Notes: generated by a model not told the origin, from the letters alone. A stretch of 64,000 nucleotides of DNA from Eledone cirrhosa (GCA_964016885.1 OZ024758.1:3100001-3164000); one strand, 5' to 3'. Counted from the stretch's first letter, positions 29,507 to 43,286 are shown. Program-made: numbers and translations.

Positions 29507-30388
29507 AATGTATGAGTGTGTGTGTAATTCAGGTTAGGAGTGATGTTACGATTCAGAAGTAGGTCTTCCATTATATTTATATATATATAAATAGAATATC
29601 TGAATCGGAGAACTTCCTGAACATGAAGGATCTATTTGTGTCACAGATCTAGCATGGTATGCGGTTGATTTATTTTCAGCTATGTTAACATTTTTCACAA
29701 TTGTTTTATTTGTCTATTTTTTCTAATCATACCTGGTTGTGATTCATCCCTTGTTTTGGATGTTTTAGTTTCTTTGGAAACTGTAATTAAGACATGCTTT
29801 CTGTAGTCATCTATTGTAACTATCTGTATTAATTTTCAAATAGTTTTACTCCATATCCTTCTAGACCTCTATTAGTTATTTTAGAATAATAATTTTGCAT
29901 TAGTAGTATGAGTTTATCTCCTTGCATTCGATGTTATTATAATCTGTTTATTGTCTGATTGTATATATGTATTCCTCAATCAACTATGATATTGAATTAT
30001 TTGCATCAGTTCTATTATAAATGTTATTAGATGTTGTCCATAATAGTTCCATCTAACGTTCTAAACTTTTCTATCAATTCCGTTGGTTGAGTAATGGCTA
30101 TCTCATCGATGACTGTATTTATCAGTATATACTGATATACGTATTGTTTATCTTTCGTTCTTTGCTACAATAATATTAGTGATATTAATTATTTTCCAAC
30201 TTCCATGTTTTCCTTATCGCATTTTTAAATTTGAATTTTATATACATTGTATCCCGTAATATGTGTCTCTAGCAATGTTTGATCCGCAGGGTCGATATAC
30301 AAAATATATTAGACTGTCTAACCATAGAATTTATCTCTCAAAAGCAGATGTTTCTGAAGTTTTGTATAACATTACATGAATGCGTGTA

Positions 30389-30780
30389 ATCTCGGGTCCC
30401 AAATAAAAGGGAGGGGAGAAATAAGCAGGGGTATTGGAAAATCAGTAATTTGTCTAGACTGTCTTCGTTGATTTAAAAAGAAAAACAGAATTAGTCGTTT
30501 AGTTTATATATTGAGGCACTACGCCATTATATGAATATTATAAAGTATGGGATTTCTAGTTGAAGGCATTTTTTGGCCATGTGCAATTCATGTTTTCAAA
30601 TGTATACACAAATTAATTATCGCAGGAATGCTACCAAGATTAAATTTGGCCGGAGATATATTAGCAATCTTTACTAAGCATGGGTGGGGTAGGAATAAGA
30701 GCACGGTAAAGGATGGTGTAGGGTGGAAAAATCTGAAGAATTAATAAGCAGAGGTATGGCGATTATTCGAGACCCGAGAT
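30389..30780. mobile_element. MITE / non-autonomous DNA transposon
   Basis: TIRs atctcgggtcccaaataa / ttattcgagacccgagat; subterminal aataagcag.gg and tggaaaa repeats at both ends. Confidence 0.7.
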
Positions 30781-30911
30781 GACGTGAGATCTATTCTTTT
30801 CCGAAGGTTATATATCACGTAAAATAAAAGAAAAAGATAAGTGACAACTGTAATAGAGCTTCGTGGTGAAAATTAGGAATGCAATTATTTAAAAGAAAAA
30901 AAATGACACAT

Positions 30912-31125
30912 TTTATTAGTGGTAGATCAGACTCTGTTCAGCCCTGGTGCGCGAGGCCTGTGATCCTTGATGAAAAAGGACACCCAGGACTGAGTCATGT
31001 AGGGAGGAATGACCAGGAGAACGGAAATGACGGGCGATGGGTGGATCCAAACGAGTCGTATGTCCCTCAAATGCTCAGTTTAATTCTTTCGAAAGTCTAG
31101 ATCCAATGTTTAACGCATTATTATG
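30912..31125 (-). mobile_element. Penelope-like element GIY-YIG endonuclease C-terminal remnant
   Basis: Minus strand, with frameshifts: LNIG..RLSK..TEHLRDIR..DPPIARHFRSPGHSSLHDSVLGVLFHQGSQASRTRAEQSLIYH*, matching the PLE pattern 'YIG.T.R.L..R..EH...I...PVA.HF....H...R...E..LI'. Confidence 0.75.
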
Positions 31126-31592
31126 GTCGTGTGATTTCGTAGGATTCCTAAACATATAAGTATAAACATGGACGGGAAAAGAAAATAAGCACCAACTATA
31201 TAGAATGACACTGATGTTAATATCAACGAAAGGTTAGCAGTTGTGAAAACTAAATATTTAGTGAACGTTTTTTAAACACTCTTTAAAATACATACAATGC
31301 AACGTAGCCGAATACACACACGCATAATACATACATGCGTACGTACATACACACACACATAAAATATATATATACATGCACACAAACTATATATATATAT
31401 ATATATATATATACATACATATATACATACATACACACAATATATCTATATATACACATATATACGTACATACACTCAAAATATCTATATATACACATAT
31501 ATACGTACATACACTCAACATATCTATATATATACACACATACGGGTATACATATATATATACACGCACATATATGTATACATGTGTACATA

Positions 31593-31629
<37 letters not shown>

Positions 31630-31761
31630 GTGTGTATATATATATATACACATGTATATATGTATATATCTGTGTGTATATATATATATACATACACATG
31701 TGTATATATATATATATATAATCACACATGTATCTATATATATATATATATATAATCACAC

Positions 31762-31798
<37 letters not shown>

Positions 31799-32689
31799 CA
31801 CACATGTATATATATATACACACACACACACATGTATATATATATATATATATATATATATGGTTCATCTTCATATACAAATACATTCCTACTTAAAATA
31901 TTGAGTACATTATAATAGCAATGTTTATTTACATAGACGTAAATCAATACAGTGAAGTAGGACCATTTGTGAAGCAGATGGAGTGAAGTGTGTTATTCTT
32001 TTAAATCTAAACCGCATAAGAAAGCACAGCATTTTGTTATTTCTATAAACCACACACAGGGATGCGCTGGCACACACAGAGACACACATGCACACAGGCA
32101 CACACCAATACGCAGGCACACACACACACCCACAGGCAAACATAGACATACACAGGCACACACCAACAAACACGCAGACACAGTCACTCGTAAAATTACA
32201 TACATAGAAAGACAAATACAAGACAAACAAGGCCACATTGACACACACAAGCAAACACAGACATATATACACATATATGCACACACACAGAATCACATAA
32301 ATTGAAAAATCCTCGCACACAGACAAGCCAATACACCAAAACATTTACACATATTGAGACACTTAGAGACCTGACAAAAAACACAAACACAGAGAGAGAG
32401 AGAGCGAGAGAGGAGCAGGTATACAGCTACTCGCAAGCACGTGAATAGAAATATCCCCCACACTGACGCAGACAAAAGCCAATCATCAGTTGAATACCGA
32501 CCAAAATGTAGTAACATATTTAATAGATAAAATGTACAGACATCCACCGTTCAACATCAAGTTGATTCATGTTACAATCACAGAGCGAATAACACCCTTT
32601 ATACATCTCTAAATCTAAAGCATATGTTAAACCATTCAGGTAATTTAAGTACCATTTGGTGCTATTTAGAAATCATTGTCAAGTCAAGA

Positions 32690-33255
32690 GTATCCAAACT
32701 ACATGGTCATATAAGAAGATCAACTGGTGATGTGAGTAGGTTATGCCTGAAAGGAAGGTTGGCTGGTAAGAGAAGCAGAGGCCGTCAGCCAAAACGATGG
32801 CTTGATAATGTGAAACCTATGGATTGGACTTCATTTGCTCTTTAAACTCTGCTGTTGGTGATCGAATTTTGTGGCGAAAAATATCACATGTTGATGCGCA
32901 GTCTGCAACTGGCGGAGTAGCTAAGCAGACCGCATTTCGTATTCTGCTAGGCTTTAGATTGATAAACAAACGACTACATTGGTTAGATTAGCAGACTTAG
33001 ACCAATTACATCAATTGTCAAGTACTCAAACCATACGGCTATATAAAAAGATCAACTGATGTTGTGAGAAGGTTATGCCTGGAAAGAAGGTCGGCTGGTA
33101 AGAGAAGCAAAGGCCGGCAGCCAAAACGATGGCTTGATAATATCAACCTATGGACTGGACTTGATATTTGCTCTTTAAACTTTGCTGTTTTTGATCGGAC
33201 TTTGTGAAGAAAAATATCTCATGTTGATGAAGTCTGCAAGTAGCGGAGTTTAGCG
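32690..33255 (+). mobile_element. Two tandem 3' fragments of an RTE-like LINE
   Basis: KLHGHIRRSTGDVSRLCLKGRLAGKRSRGRQPKRWLDNVK at 32690-32925; diverged duplicate at 33020-33255. Confidence 0.8.
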
Positions 33256-33557
33256 TCAAAGCAACAACAAAGCAAAGTAAAAATCATCTGACAAATGACA
33301 CCGCCATAACTGGCATGAACATAATAGAAATCTTGATACGCAAACACATAGAAATTCATTTTTCCCCTATACACCCCGAAATATATGGCTTAAAACATAA
33401 ATGGAAACTATATGTACTAGTGGAAAACATAGAGTGAAGACAATTGACGGAAAAAATGTGTACTTACGATGAGATGCCGAGAATTATTCGACGAGTTTCA
33501 TAACTGTCCCTTCTAATTCAGTATAAATAACAAGTGATGCCATTTGCAAGTTGAATA

Positions 33558-33654
<97 letters not shown>

Positions 33655-33754
33655 GTCGGACTGTGTCTCAACTCCTCGAATAAAAAAATATCATGTATTT
33701 TGCGAAATCCAGAGACTTTCAATAATGATACATCACCACATGTTTTTAACATTG

Positions 33755-34059
33755 ATTTTGAAAGTAGGTTTATAATTAAGAATTTTCGTTATACTTTCGT
33801 AATTGTCTCGACGGCCTAGTTGGAGGAATCATTGACGGTGGTGACACTTGTCTGAAGTTCGATCCTGGGAGTACAGTTCCCAGTAAACCTTTTCAATTTG
33901 TTTCTATTGGTTGTAAAATAAAAACTGAAAATGTTTACATGTACCTCTTGACCAGGCTTGAACCCAAGGTGAGGATCTCCACCGTCTCTAGTAGCTAGGC
34001 CACATAGACAACTACGAAAGTCTTATGATAATTCATACTTATAAACCTACTTTCAAAAT
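33755..34059. mobile_element. Fold-back element with two inward-facing tRNA-like halves
   Basis: TIR attttgaaagtaggtttataa / ttataaacctactttcaaaat. Imperfect symmetry continues through A-box-like ggcctagttgg and B-box-like gttcgatcc, mirrored as ggcttgaacc...ctaggcca. Confidence 0.65.
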
Positions 34060-34404
34060 TTTGAAAACAGCTTTGTTTACGAATGACACTAACGTCTTGT
34101 TAAAAGTCAGACATTCTACAGACTGTTCTACCATGTCTGTACTGTCGGCGACGATGGGGTTTAACAGCAACAACCATTATTGTTGAACTGAAGAAAATAT
34201 GGATTATCCCAACTTTATTTTGTTGTAACACTGTAGACTCCACGACCCAATCCCACAATAGATCAAGCCACACTCCGTCCTTCCTGTGGGAATAAATACT
34301 ATGTATGTATTAGTTTGCTTCAAAACACTTGATTATTCATTTACCTGCGTTAACTCGTGTACCTATTAAAGTAGCCTATACTATTATTGTTGTCAGTAAA
34401 TGAT

Positions 34405-34617
34405 AATGATTTCTGAGTTAGGGACACGGTCAACAATAATGGGGGAAAGGGAGAGTCAATTAAATCGACCCCAGTACATTACTGGTACTTTATTTTATCA
34501 ACCCCGTAAGGATGAAAGGCAACGTTAACCTCAGCGGAATTTGAACTCATAACATAAAATGCCGTATCTCTATGCAGCTGAGCATGTTGTTTGATGCTCT
34601 ACCGATTTTGCCAATAT
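34405..34617 (-). mobile_element. tRNA-derived SINE (long variant)
   Basis: Consensus match. Confidence 0.8.
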
Positions 34618-34671
34618 AATAAGGATACTGAAGTTTTGGGTTTTGGGGAATTTCTGTTTATATATATATAA

Positions 34672-34875
34672 GAACAACGAGGATGTGGTAAGATAACAGG
34701 TGGACCATAACACACCAGAGTACTCAATATTTTAGGGTAGTAGAGTGGGTAATAGGAAAAGATTCGGGATCCCGACGGCTGAGCCCCGGTGGCTTCGATA
34801 GCTAGATCCTAACGTGCTGATCTAGCTGTCGAAAAGCCTGGCGCTCAGCCGTCGGGGTCCTGACTCTTTTCCTAT
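34672..34875. mobile_element. Family A' palindromic element
   Basis: Arm homologous to family A; centre gatagctagatc-loop-gatctagctgtc followed by gaaaagcc...gccgtcgggg; embedded in (TA)n. Confidence 0.75.
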
Positions 34876-35699
34876 ATATATAGTTTATATTGTAGACTCT
34901 CACAAAACAACTATATTTATAATATTTATTCAGTTACATATAAAAATAACTGTGTCTAGGAGACATATGAATCACAATGTGTTTGAGAAAATGACACTAA
35001 TGAAAATATGATAAATAAGTATGAATTCTAAATACGTTCTACACAGTTAAAATACTGCTTTCATTCGTTTACAACTTGTAGGTCACGAATACAATCATGC
35101 GACGAATCACGTTAACTATTATATTTTTCTCAATATATTCTTGTCTGTTTAATGACATTTTATATTCGATATTGCTTTATAGTATATTGTTTTAGCTTTG
35201 GCAACTGCTTTATTTTTTATAGCTATGTTCCATTTTTATGAAATAAAAAGAGCGCCCGTGGCTACATGTATATGTTTTAGAAATTATAGCTCCTAGAATA
35301 ATCTGCTTCTCTTTTCAGAATTATATTTATCATATCAAATATTCAGATTCTATATGTTCATGGTGTTATATTTTATGTGATTTATGATAATTATGGTTAA
35401 GGCGTTAGCTTTGTAAAAATGTAGAACAGGGTTCAATTTTACGGCACGGAAATTTGGCGAGGTGGCATATATTGTAAACTTTGGTTGACCAAGACACAGT
35501 GGAAGGCGTGTTTCGTATAGGGATGCACGTATGTTCTTCTGGTTTTAGTATGTTATTGTGACAGTATCGGTAGAGGCTGAAACATTCCACCAGTACATTT
35601 TCATTCTATGTATGCATGTGTCCTCTACATGCCTGTAATGTTTTATATGTTTCTTCGTAAGCCTATCCTTTCTAACCTTATATAGACATTGCCACTGTA

Positions 35700-36030
35700 T
35701 TAGAAGATCTGACTGATGAAATGACAAGTCAGTAAATCATATTAGTGGCCTCCCCAAAGCCACAGTGGACAGAATGGAGAAGGCGTTTCCCCGGAGGATG
35801 GCAAGGCAGACGCGCTGGCAAAGCCATTCCACCTCGCGAGGCTCACACCTGCGGCTGGCCAGCTCAGCGCCTATGGTAATGAGCAGGGAGGTAGCCCAAG
35901 ATCCGAGGACACCAGAAGTCTCCACTGCCAACGGTACAACGGCAAACCTGTCGGAGCGTGACCGGTATTTGAAGAGTTTGGCACCCTCGGCCCGATTTGC
36001 AGCAGACTCTGGGTTAGTGTTGTTCAATTT
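35700..36030 (-). mobile_element. 3' end of CRE-like non-LTR retrotransposon with open restriction-like endonuclease C-terminus
   Basis: ORF 35737-36084: SAANRAEGAKLFKY...FAVVPLAVETSGVLG...WLCQRVCLAILRGNAFSIL, matching the 'K..KY...P.AVET.G...QR.S.AI.RGNA' signature. GC-rich and 5'-truncated. Confidence 0.8.
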
Positions 36031-37929
36031 TGCTTCATGAATTCGTTTCTTCGTGCATTTTCCTGCGTGCCAGAGACTACACACATGTTGGTAGAATCTA
36101 ACACAGAAGGATTATATTCCAATCAAGCGATCAATTAGCAAAAATACAACGTAGCATGATAATAACTTCATTAGACGACAATAGAAATCTCAGCTCGTAT
36201 TAGAAATGAATAATATGATACAATGTTATTCAAACGAAAAGAAAATATTCTCTTGTCTGCCTCCAGCTGGAGAACTACAATACGATATGCCATTGCTTGC
36301 CTGAAAAATCTTATTTAACAATAAATATTCGTAGTAAAACAAAGGATAAAGACAAAAAAATCTAAAATTAAGCGGATAACATATCATGTCTGATAAAGTT
36401 GTAGGGAAATAATCACAACCATGGGAGTGTGTGTTCAGGTGAATCAGTTTAATAAAGTGTTCCTAATTATATATTCATTCTCCTCTTCTATATTTTAATA
36501 TTCATGCTGTACATTTGAAAATGTGTAATTATTTGTTTCAATATATATACATGTATATAAAATATATGCATACTATTTGTTTGGTAGACCTAATGTATCG
36601 TTTATGTTTACACAACCATTCAAAAGTTGAGTATCTTTAACGGAGTCCAATTGTTTCAAGCTGTTCTAAGCAGTCCATAACATTTACAAAATCTAGACAG
36701 TGATGCACTCACTCTTACTGCAGCAGCCGACCTTTTTCCGACTTAATGGCCGTGCCAATATCATAGAGGTAGCCCTTCCTTCTTAATATCATAAAAATAG
36801 ATATATGAAATATTGTTTCCTTTAATTACATAGTACTCCAACAGTATAACAAAGCTGGAAACCTGGAAAGATCGGTAGTGTAACGGGTGCAACTGTTTGT
36901 CGTCAGATGATTGTAGAATTTGGCTGTTGTAGTTCTGGATTTATTGATACAAGCACATTTCCTTTACGCAAGGGAAAGAAATTTGGTCATGCAACAATTT
37001 TAGTTCAGTACAGACGATGATTTTAGAGCTTATATTTTGTAATTTAATTTAATTATTTAAACTCAGTGTATCATTAGTTGATATTATCTAGCAGTGGAAA
37101 AACACGTATCAAATGGAAAGTTATAGTATATCATAGTAACAGAGATAAAGGTAAGGTTTTATGAGAATAGTGATTAGCAGCGGTCAATAATTATTAGTTT
37201 TTCATCATCAATCAGAAGTCTCAGAGTCCAGCTGAGACATTAGAAGTTCATAACAGTCCACGGCCAATAACCCTACCACACTACCTGAATAAGTTAAAGA
37301 AGAATGGCTTTACGCAACATCCATGTAAAATCCTGTTTAATTCGAATGTTCCAAAACATTCCTATGCTGACACTTACAACGGAAGAGTCAAAAGTCTGCT
37401 TTAAACCACTGTAACATTTTTATAGTGGTTTAGTATACGATATGTTTTGTTACTTAGAGAGATAACATTTTTGGAATCGATAGAAATCGTTCGAAGAGAA
37501 TCTGAGAAATATTTATATTTCGTAAATATTATCTTTTATTTATATAGAGAATTTTGTCTATGGAACATTTATCACGCACAATAAACTTTGATAAGAATCT
37601 GTATTGTTATTTGTATTTTAGATTCAATATAGAGGTATCTGTTTTCATAATTGTTTCCTGGAGAAATGAAATGATCAATAACCCTGTTTCACCTTATACA
37701 TGATTAATCTTTATATTTAAACACGTCTATTCATATAAATAGGTACGTGTGTAAAATATTGCAGGATGTACACAGACAGGAAGTAAGGCAGTGTCATGTA
37801 AAATCTTATATTGGGTATTCTTGCACTCATTGATCCTTTAAATTCTATTAACTTCTAGTTCAAGCAGAAGCAGAATTCTGTATATATAAGTATGGATATG
37901 TATATAAAAGTGAATATATATATTTGCTC

Positions 37930-38015
37930 TACGGTTTTTATATATTTATATATATATTATCCTTATCCAGCCCTCTTCGGATTTTAGTCTTCACATTTAT
38001 TATTACTATTATTAT
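37930..38015. mobile_element. Family C repeat copy (inverted relative to 2807)
   Basis: Reverse complement matches 2807-2890. Confidence 0.6.
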
Positions 38016-38156
38016 TAATATACATATGTTATCCAGTATAACAGCAAGGAAAATATAGTCTTTGGTAAGAAAGGATAGTAAGAATTTATTAGATTATGTA
38101 TTACAAATAGAAAGATACCGTCGACTCAAATTCTCTGGTAAGCAGTTATCTTATGT

Positions 38157-38191
<35 letters not shown>

Positions 38192-39419
38192 GTATATATA
38201 TATATGGAAGTATATACTAAATGTTTATTTACTGTGAGCATATGGCAGTTTCGCTATTAAATAATAAAATAATTTCACGTTAATAGAAACATATCTGTCT
38301 ATCTTTTGTTCTCTGGATATGTCTTTGAATGTCAGTATTATTCAAGAATGTCAGACAGTGCTGTTTCAAGATTCATTAATCTATCATGTATTACTGACTC
38401 ATCTATTATTCTTTCATCTATCACTCAATGGACACTGGCATCGCAATAGACAATGGGCAATATAGATTATGACAAAATGAGAAAATGCGACAAAATGAAT
38501 CGGCTAAAACGCACACACACACACACACACATACACACCTATATATATATATATATATATATATAGATCAACCACCCTTAGTTTCAATATACAAGCACAC
38601 ACACACACATATATATATATAGTCTTGTCCACGTAAATTTGTATATGAATATTATTCATGGATATATGCTGGATAATTAGATATCGAAATTTCTCTCGTT
38701 TAGCTTTGTATATCTTTGCTTTGAAAGTATGAAACTCACCAATATAGACATGGCATCTAAATCATCATGAAATCTGATCAAGTCAGTGAGTATTATTTTC
38801 AGTTTCTTAATTACGAATGCAGTATACAATAGCCAATACATATCGTACGCTGTGAGACTGGCAACTGTATAATAATGAAGTGGATAGAATAAATACATTT
38901 AAATCTAATTTGCTAATCCAATGAAAGACTGTTCGATCCCAGATACATCGTTAAATGATACTGCAGCTGTATATATTTTAAGACTATATACGATGACATG
39001 TACCTCTTCACCAATCAGGTTTAGTAAGTTTAATGACATCCTCGATGTCATGAAAGACCAATCTTCTAATTGTATATATTCTGGTAGGTATATTGACATA
39101 TTAGTAGCGTTGCATCAATATCAGTATAAACTATTATATTTATTCCTAACATTGTCATCTTAATCAAAGAGATGTAAGTCTGTGGTGGCCATTAGCTGAG
39201 TTATAAACCGTAGTAACAGAAAATATTAGACACATTAAATGCTTCATACAAACACTAACACAGGGTCTATAACAGGCTGTGTTGCCATTCGGAATAATTC
39301 AATATTTCTAAAGTATATATCATAAAATATATATCAAAGTTCAAATTTCAGCGTCGAAGAATTCACTAACTCTTCCTTTGTACAATGAACTAAGACTCAT
39401 ATTTTAGATTGTGGACCTA

Positions 39420-39745
39420 TGATATCTTGCATGGACAGGAAAACCCAACAATAAAGTCCTAAGACAGACAAACATAGAAGGTTCTCTTGTCCTTACTATT
39501 AGAAAGAATCAATTAGAATTCTTAGATCGGATAAACAGAGGAAATCGCTGGAGAAGTTGATGTTTTGTGACAAGAAACCTGGAGAGGAGGAGAGAAGGAA
39601 GACAAAGAACAACATTTACAGACTGTCTGAACACTCACGTCAACGGAAATAGGACGAAAAGGAGCAGCCTCTTCTGGAACACTGACAAAAGGAGAGGTTG
39701 GAGAGCCCCGATCGCTGATGTCTGGAACAGGCCTGGCCGCTGAAT
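39420..39745 (+). mobile_element. RTE-clade LINE 3' ORF remnant
   Basis: With frameshifts: ISCMDRKT/NNKVLRQTNIEGSLVLTIRKNQLEFLDRINR../KSLEKLMFC../RRRGRQRTTFTDCLN...TDKRRGWRAPIADVWNRPGR*. Confidence 0.8.
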
Positions 39746-40927
39746 ATAATGAAGGTTCACATAACATATAACTGCAATAGTAATGATGGCGACGTTTTGA
39801 TATATATTATGGCAGCTAAATAGCGATGGTATCAACCAGGTTTTAGAACTATATAGCTATATCTGATAACTAAATTCTAAATCGTTTATTCGAGTTACAA
39901 TTTTAGAAACATATTTACGTCGAGAAATGGAAAATTACAAGATTCGAATTATTTAATAATTGAGAAAATTCGAAGGGAAGCTTTATCAAGTTTTAGTTTA
40001 AATCAAATATGGATTTTCTATCTTTAGATAACATTCTCTGTTTATCAAATCAGCAGTAACTTTAATCTTGATCAAAAGCATTATACATTTTAGTCTCCTT
40101 ACATAATGATTAAATCGAATTTAAAGTAAGCTGATAGTTTCTAAATGCTCGTAGGTAGGCTGGAAGAATTGTAGTTTTATTGAAAAATATAACCTGTGAC
40201 ATACAACGTGAACTAATTATTAGAAAACTTCCTTTCCTAATCTCTGCAGACTTCGCAAAACAAATTATTGATTTGTTTTTCCAGCCTCAGAACATTTCTG
40301 TTGCAAATCATACTAGGTGTCGAAATATATATGTTTAATATGATTAGATTCATTTGAAAATTACTATTTACGATATATTCTACTTTTACACTTCATATTT
40401 CTAATTGTATTCTTGTTATGTATTCGTATATCTATCATACACATATGTAACGTGGTGTATTGATTGAAATTCTAATTTTAGATATTAAAGGACCAATTTG
40501 TAAGAGTAAAAGAACGCAACATGACTACAGATGAAACTAACAGCATGCAAGTATAGCTTGCTGGAAGAACTCGTAATCGATTATACACCAGAACACAACC
40601 GATTCCCTCTTCTGATATCAATTACCATAAATGTTAGTTTTTCTTTTCGATTCAAACTAGTTATTAAAATGTCTAATATATTTTACATTAAAATCTTGGG
40701 CATTATAATTTAATGTAGTTCTGTATATATTTTTTTTATGTAATTACATATTTTTATTCCTGAAAAGTTTTCTCCAGTATTAATTTCCAGAAGCTATTAT
40801 TATGCCGATTTATAATAATCTAACTAAAATATGAACATAACTAAAATAACTGTTTTATATTGTACACTGCTATCTGTTAGATATGAAGTCTATTCGTTAT
40901 ATTGAAGTGAGTAAAATTAAGTAAAGG

Positions 40928-41312
40928 GCTAGGTTTCGACATACAGCAACGTTCATATGTCTATTTAAAATTGTAGGAACCAGGCATTCCTGTCTATTAA
41001 AGGTTTTCGACTACGAGAGTAGCCATTTATGTACGGCAACTTTTAATTCGTGCTCTGTAGAAAATTGTCGATCACTTTGATGTCAGTCTCTTTGATTTGA
41101 TCTAAAGTAGTCTGAAGGAGAAAGGTCATAGGACATGGAGGATCCTCTATATTTCAATTCCCAGCGTTTGAAGAACGTTGATGGTATTAGCAGTAATATT
41201 AAGATGCAGAAAGCCGTACAACAATGCAATTCTTTTCAGAGTATCTCTGAGGAGTAGATTTGAATTGCAACATTCTACAATATAGATCGTAAAGTTTCTC
41301 GTACTGCATTTA
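40928..41312 (-). mobile_element. Decayed mariner (DD34D-type) transposase C-terminus
   Basis: Minus strand: TINVLQTLGIEI..DPPC..DLSPSDYF...RQFSTEHELK.AVHKWLLS...YVET*, resembling HPPYSPDLAPSDY; multiple frameshifts. Confidence 0.7.
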
Positions 41313-41457
41313 TTATATATACTGTAGCGGGCCCTATGCCGTCAAACATGAGATGTTTGTTTGTGTGTTGGTTCCTTTGCACTCACTCACACAAGTGATA
41401 CAAACATACAAACACACAGCTGTGACGAATCTTAAAACGCTGGACGCCTATAGTTTC

Positions 41458-41730
41458 TCACCCTTCTTCCTTCCGCAGTCGACGTAAACACCCCTTATTC
41501 CCTCAGTCGACGTAATCACCTCTTAGTTCCTCAGTCGACGTAATCCCTCTTCCTTCCTCAGTCGACATAATCACCCCTTCCTTCCTCAGTTGATCTTACC
41601 TTCCCTTCCTTCCTCGGTTGACCTTATCTTACCTTCTTTCCTCAGTTGATGTCATTAACCCTTCCTTCCTCAGTTGACGTCATTACCCCTTCCTTCCTCA
41701 GTCGATGTTTTCACCCCTTGTTTCTTCAGT
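41458..41730. repeat. About 26-bp minisatellite (cccttccttcctcagtcgacgtaatcac)
   Basis: About 10 diverged units. Confidence 0.85.
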
Positions 41731-41769
41731 AAGACATACACATACACAAGGCCTTTTGTATGTGTCACA

Positions 41770-41905
41770 TAAATCCCACCGAGGTTAGCATTGTCTTTCA
41801 TCCGTATGTGGTCGATAACACAAATCATCAATCAGTAACGAACTGGGGTCGATTTAATCAAGTTTCCGCCCAAATTGCTGGCCTTGTGCCTAAATCAGAA
41901 ACCTT
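41770..41905 (+). mobile_element. Old SINE copy (long variant), partial
   Basis: Diverged consensus match. Confidence 0.7.
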
Positions 41906-42542
41906 CATTAATTGCCATTCAGTGTTGTATTTGAAATCAGGAATAAGTGAACAGATCTATAAATAAACACTAAATAGAATTTATTAACTGTTTTGTTTTG
42001 TCAAAGCCTTTCGTTAATATAAACAGCCATCCTATTTCCATGATACTCTATTTTCTTTTTTTCTTTCAAAACCAATAACTGTCATTCTTTCTTAAAGTAA
42101 TCAACAATGTACATATTTGAGAAAGTCATGTTTTGTTTTTCTCTTTGAAGTTTTAAGCCTATCATCCGATTTGCTAATTTAATAAAATTATATCACAACC
42201 TGATGAATCCAATTACATCTTTTATTAATTTAAATGAATTAAACCATTACTAAAAAAGACAAACAATCTCCTCATCTAAATTATAAGAAATGTCAAAGAA
42301 ATATTGGCAATTCTAATTCTATATGAGCCACGAACATTTTAGACATTTGTTTATCTGATGGCTTGAAGCATGAATAAGTAGAAATGATGTGCCTGAATAT
42401 ATAGGATACACAGGAAAACATTTTAAAAATAATTAATTAAATCAATACTAAATTGATTCCTGTGGATAATTTTTATATTGTGGCATGTTTAAATTAGAAT
42501 AATTTTGAATGTAAATATATTGTATTATTGTCTCTAAACATA

Positions 42543-43286
42543 GTTCAAATCCCGCCGAGTTTAACTTTGCCGTTCATCCTTACGGGGTCGATAAAATAAA
42601 GTACCAGTAATGCACTGGGATAATTTCTGGCCTTGTGCCTAAAGTAGAAACAATTATTGTCTCTAAACATAGGGTGGTGGATATGCAGTATCGGTAGAGG
42701 GAGAGACGCCATGATCTGATTTCAAGTTCCGCTGAGATTAACTTTTCCATTCATCCTTATGGGGTCGATAAAATAAAGTCCCATTAATACACTGAGATAA
42801 TTGCTGGCCCTGTGCTAAAAGTAGAAACAATTATATTAAAGGTTTCAAGAGCGGTGTATTGGCAGTATCGGTAGAGTGTTGGACGCCATTCTTTGCAACA
42901 TAGAGTTACAGCCCTTTATGATCTGAGTTCAAATTCCGCCGAGATTAATTTTGCCTTTCATCCTTACGGGGTCGATAAAATAAAGTACCAGTAATTAACT
43001 GGGTAGTTGCTGGCCTTGTGTCTATACTAGAAATCGTTATTGTCTTTAAACATATTTCAATGAAAATTTCAACCCTGAAAATGCCTGTCTTTCATTATCT
43101 CATGGATTGGCAGTATCGTTAGAGGGTCGGACGCCATGCTTTCCAGCATAGTTACGTCCCTTTACGATCTGAGTTCAAATCCCGCCGAGGTTGACTTTGC
43201 CTTTCCTCCCTACGGGGTCGATAAAATAAAGTACCAGTAATGAACTGGGTAATTGGTGGCCTTGTGCCTAAAGTAGAAACAATTAT
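42543..43286 (+). mobile_element. Cluster of four co-oriented SINE copies
   Basis: Copies at about 42543-42658, 42672-42835, 42851-43042 and 43103-43286. Confidence 0.88.

Noticed and set aside
38677-39163. Adjacent 64-80 aa ORFs
   Set aside because: No recognisable domain and no convincing splice structure.
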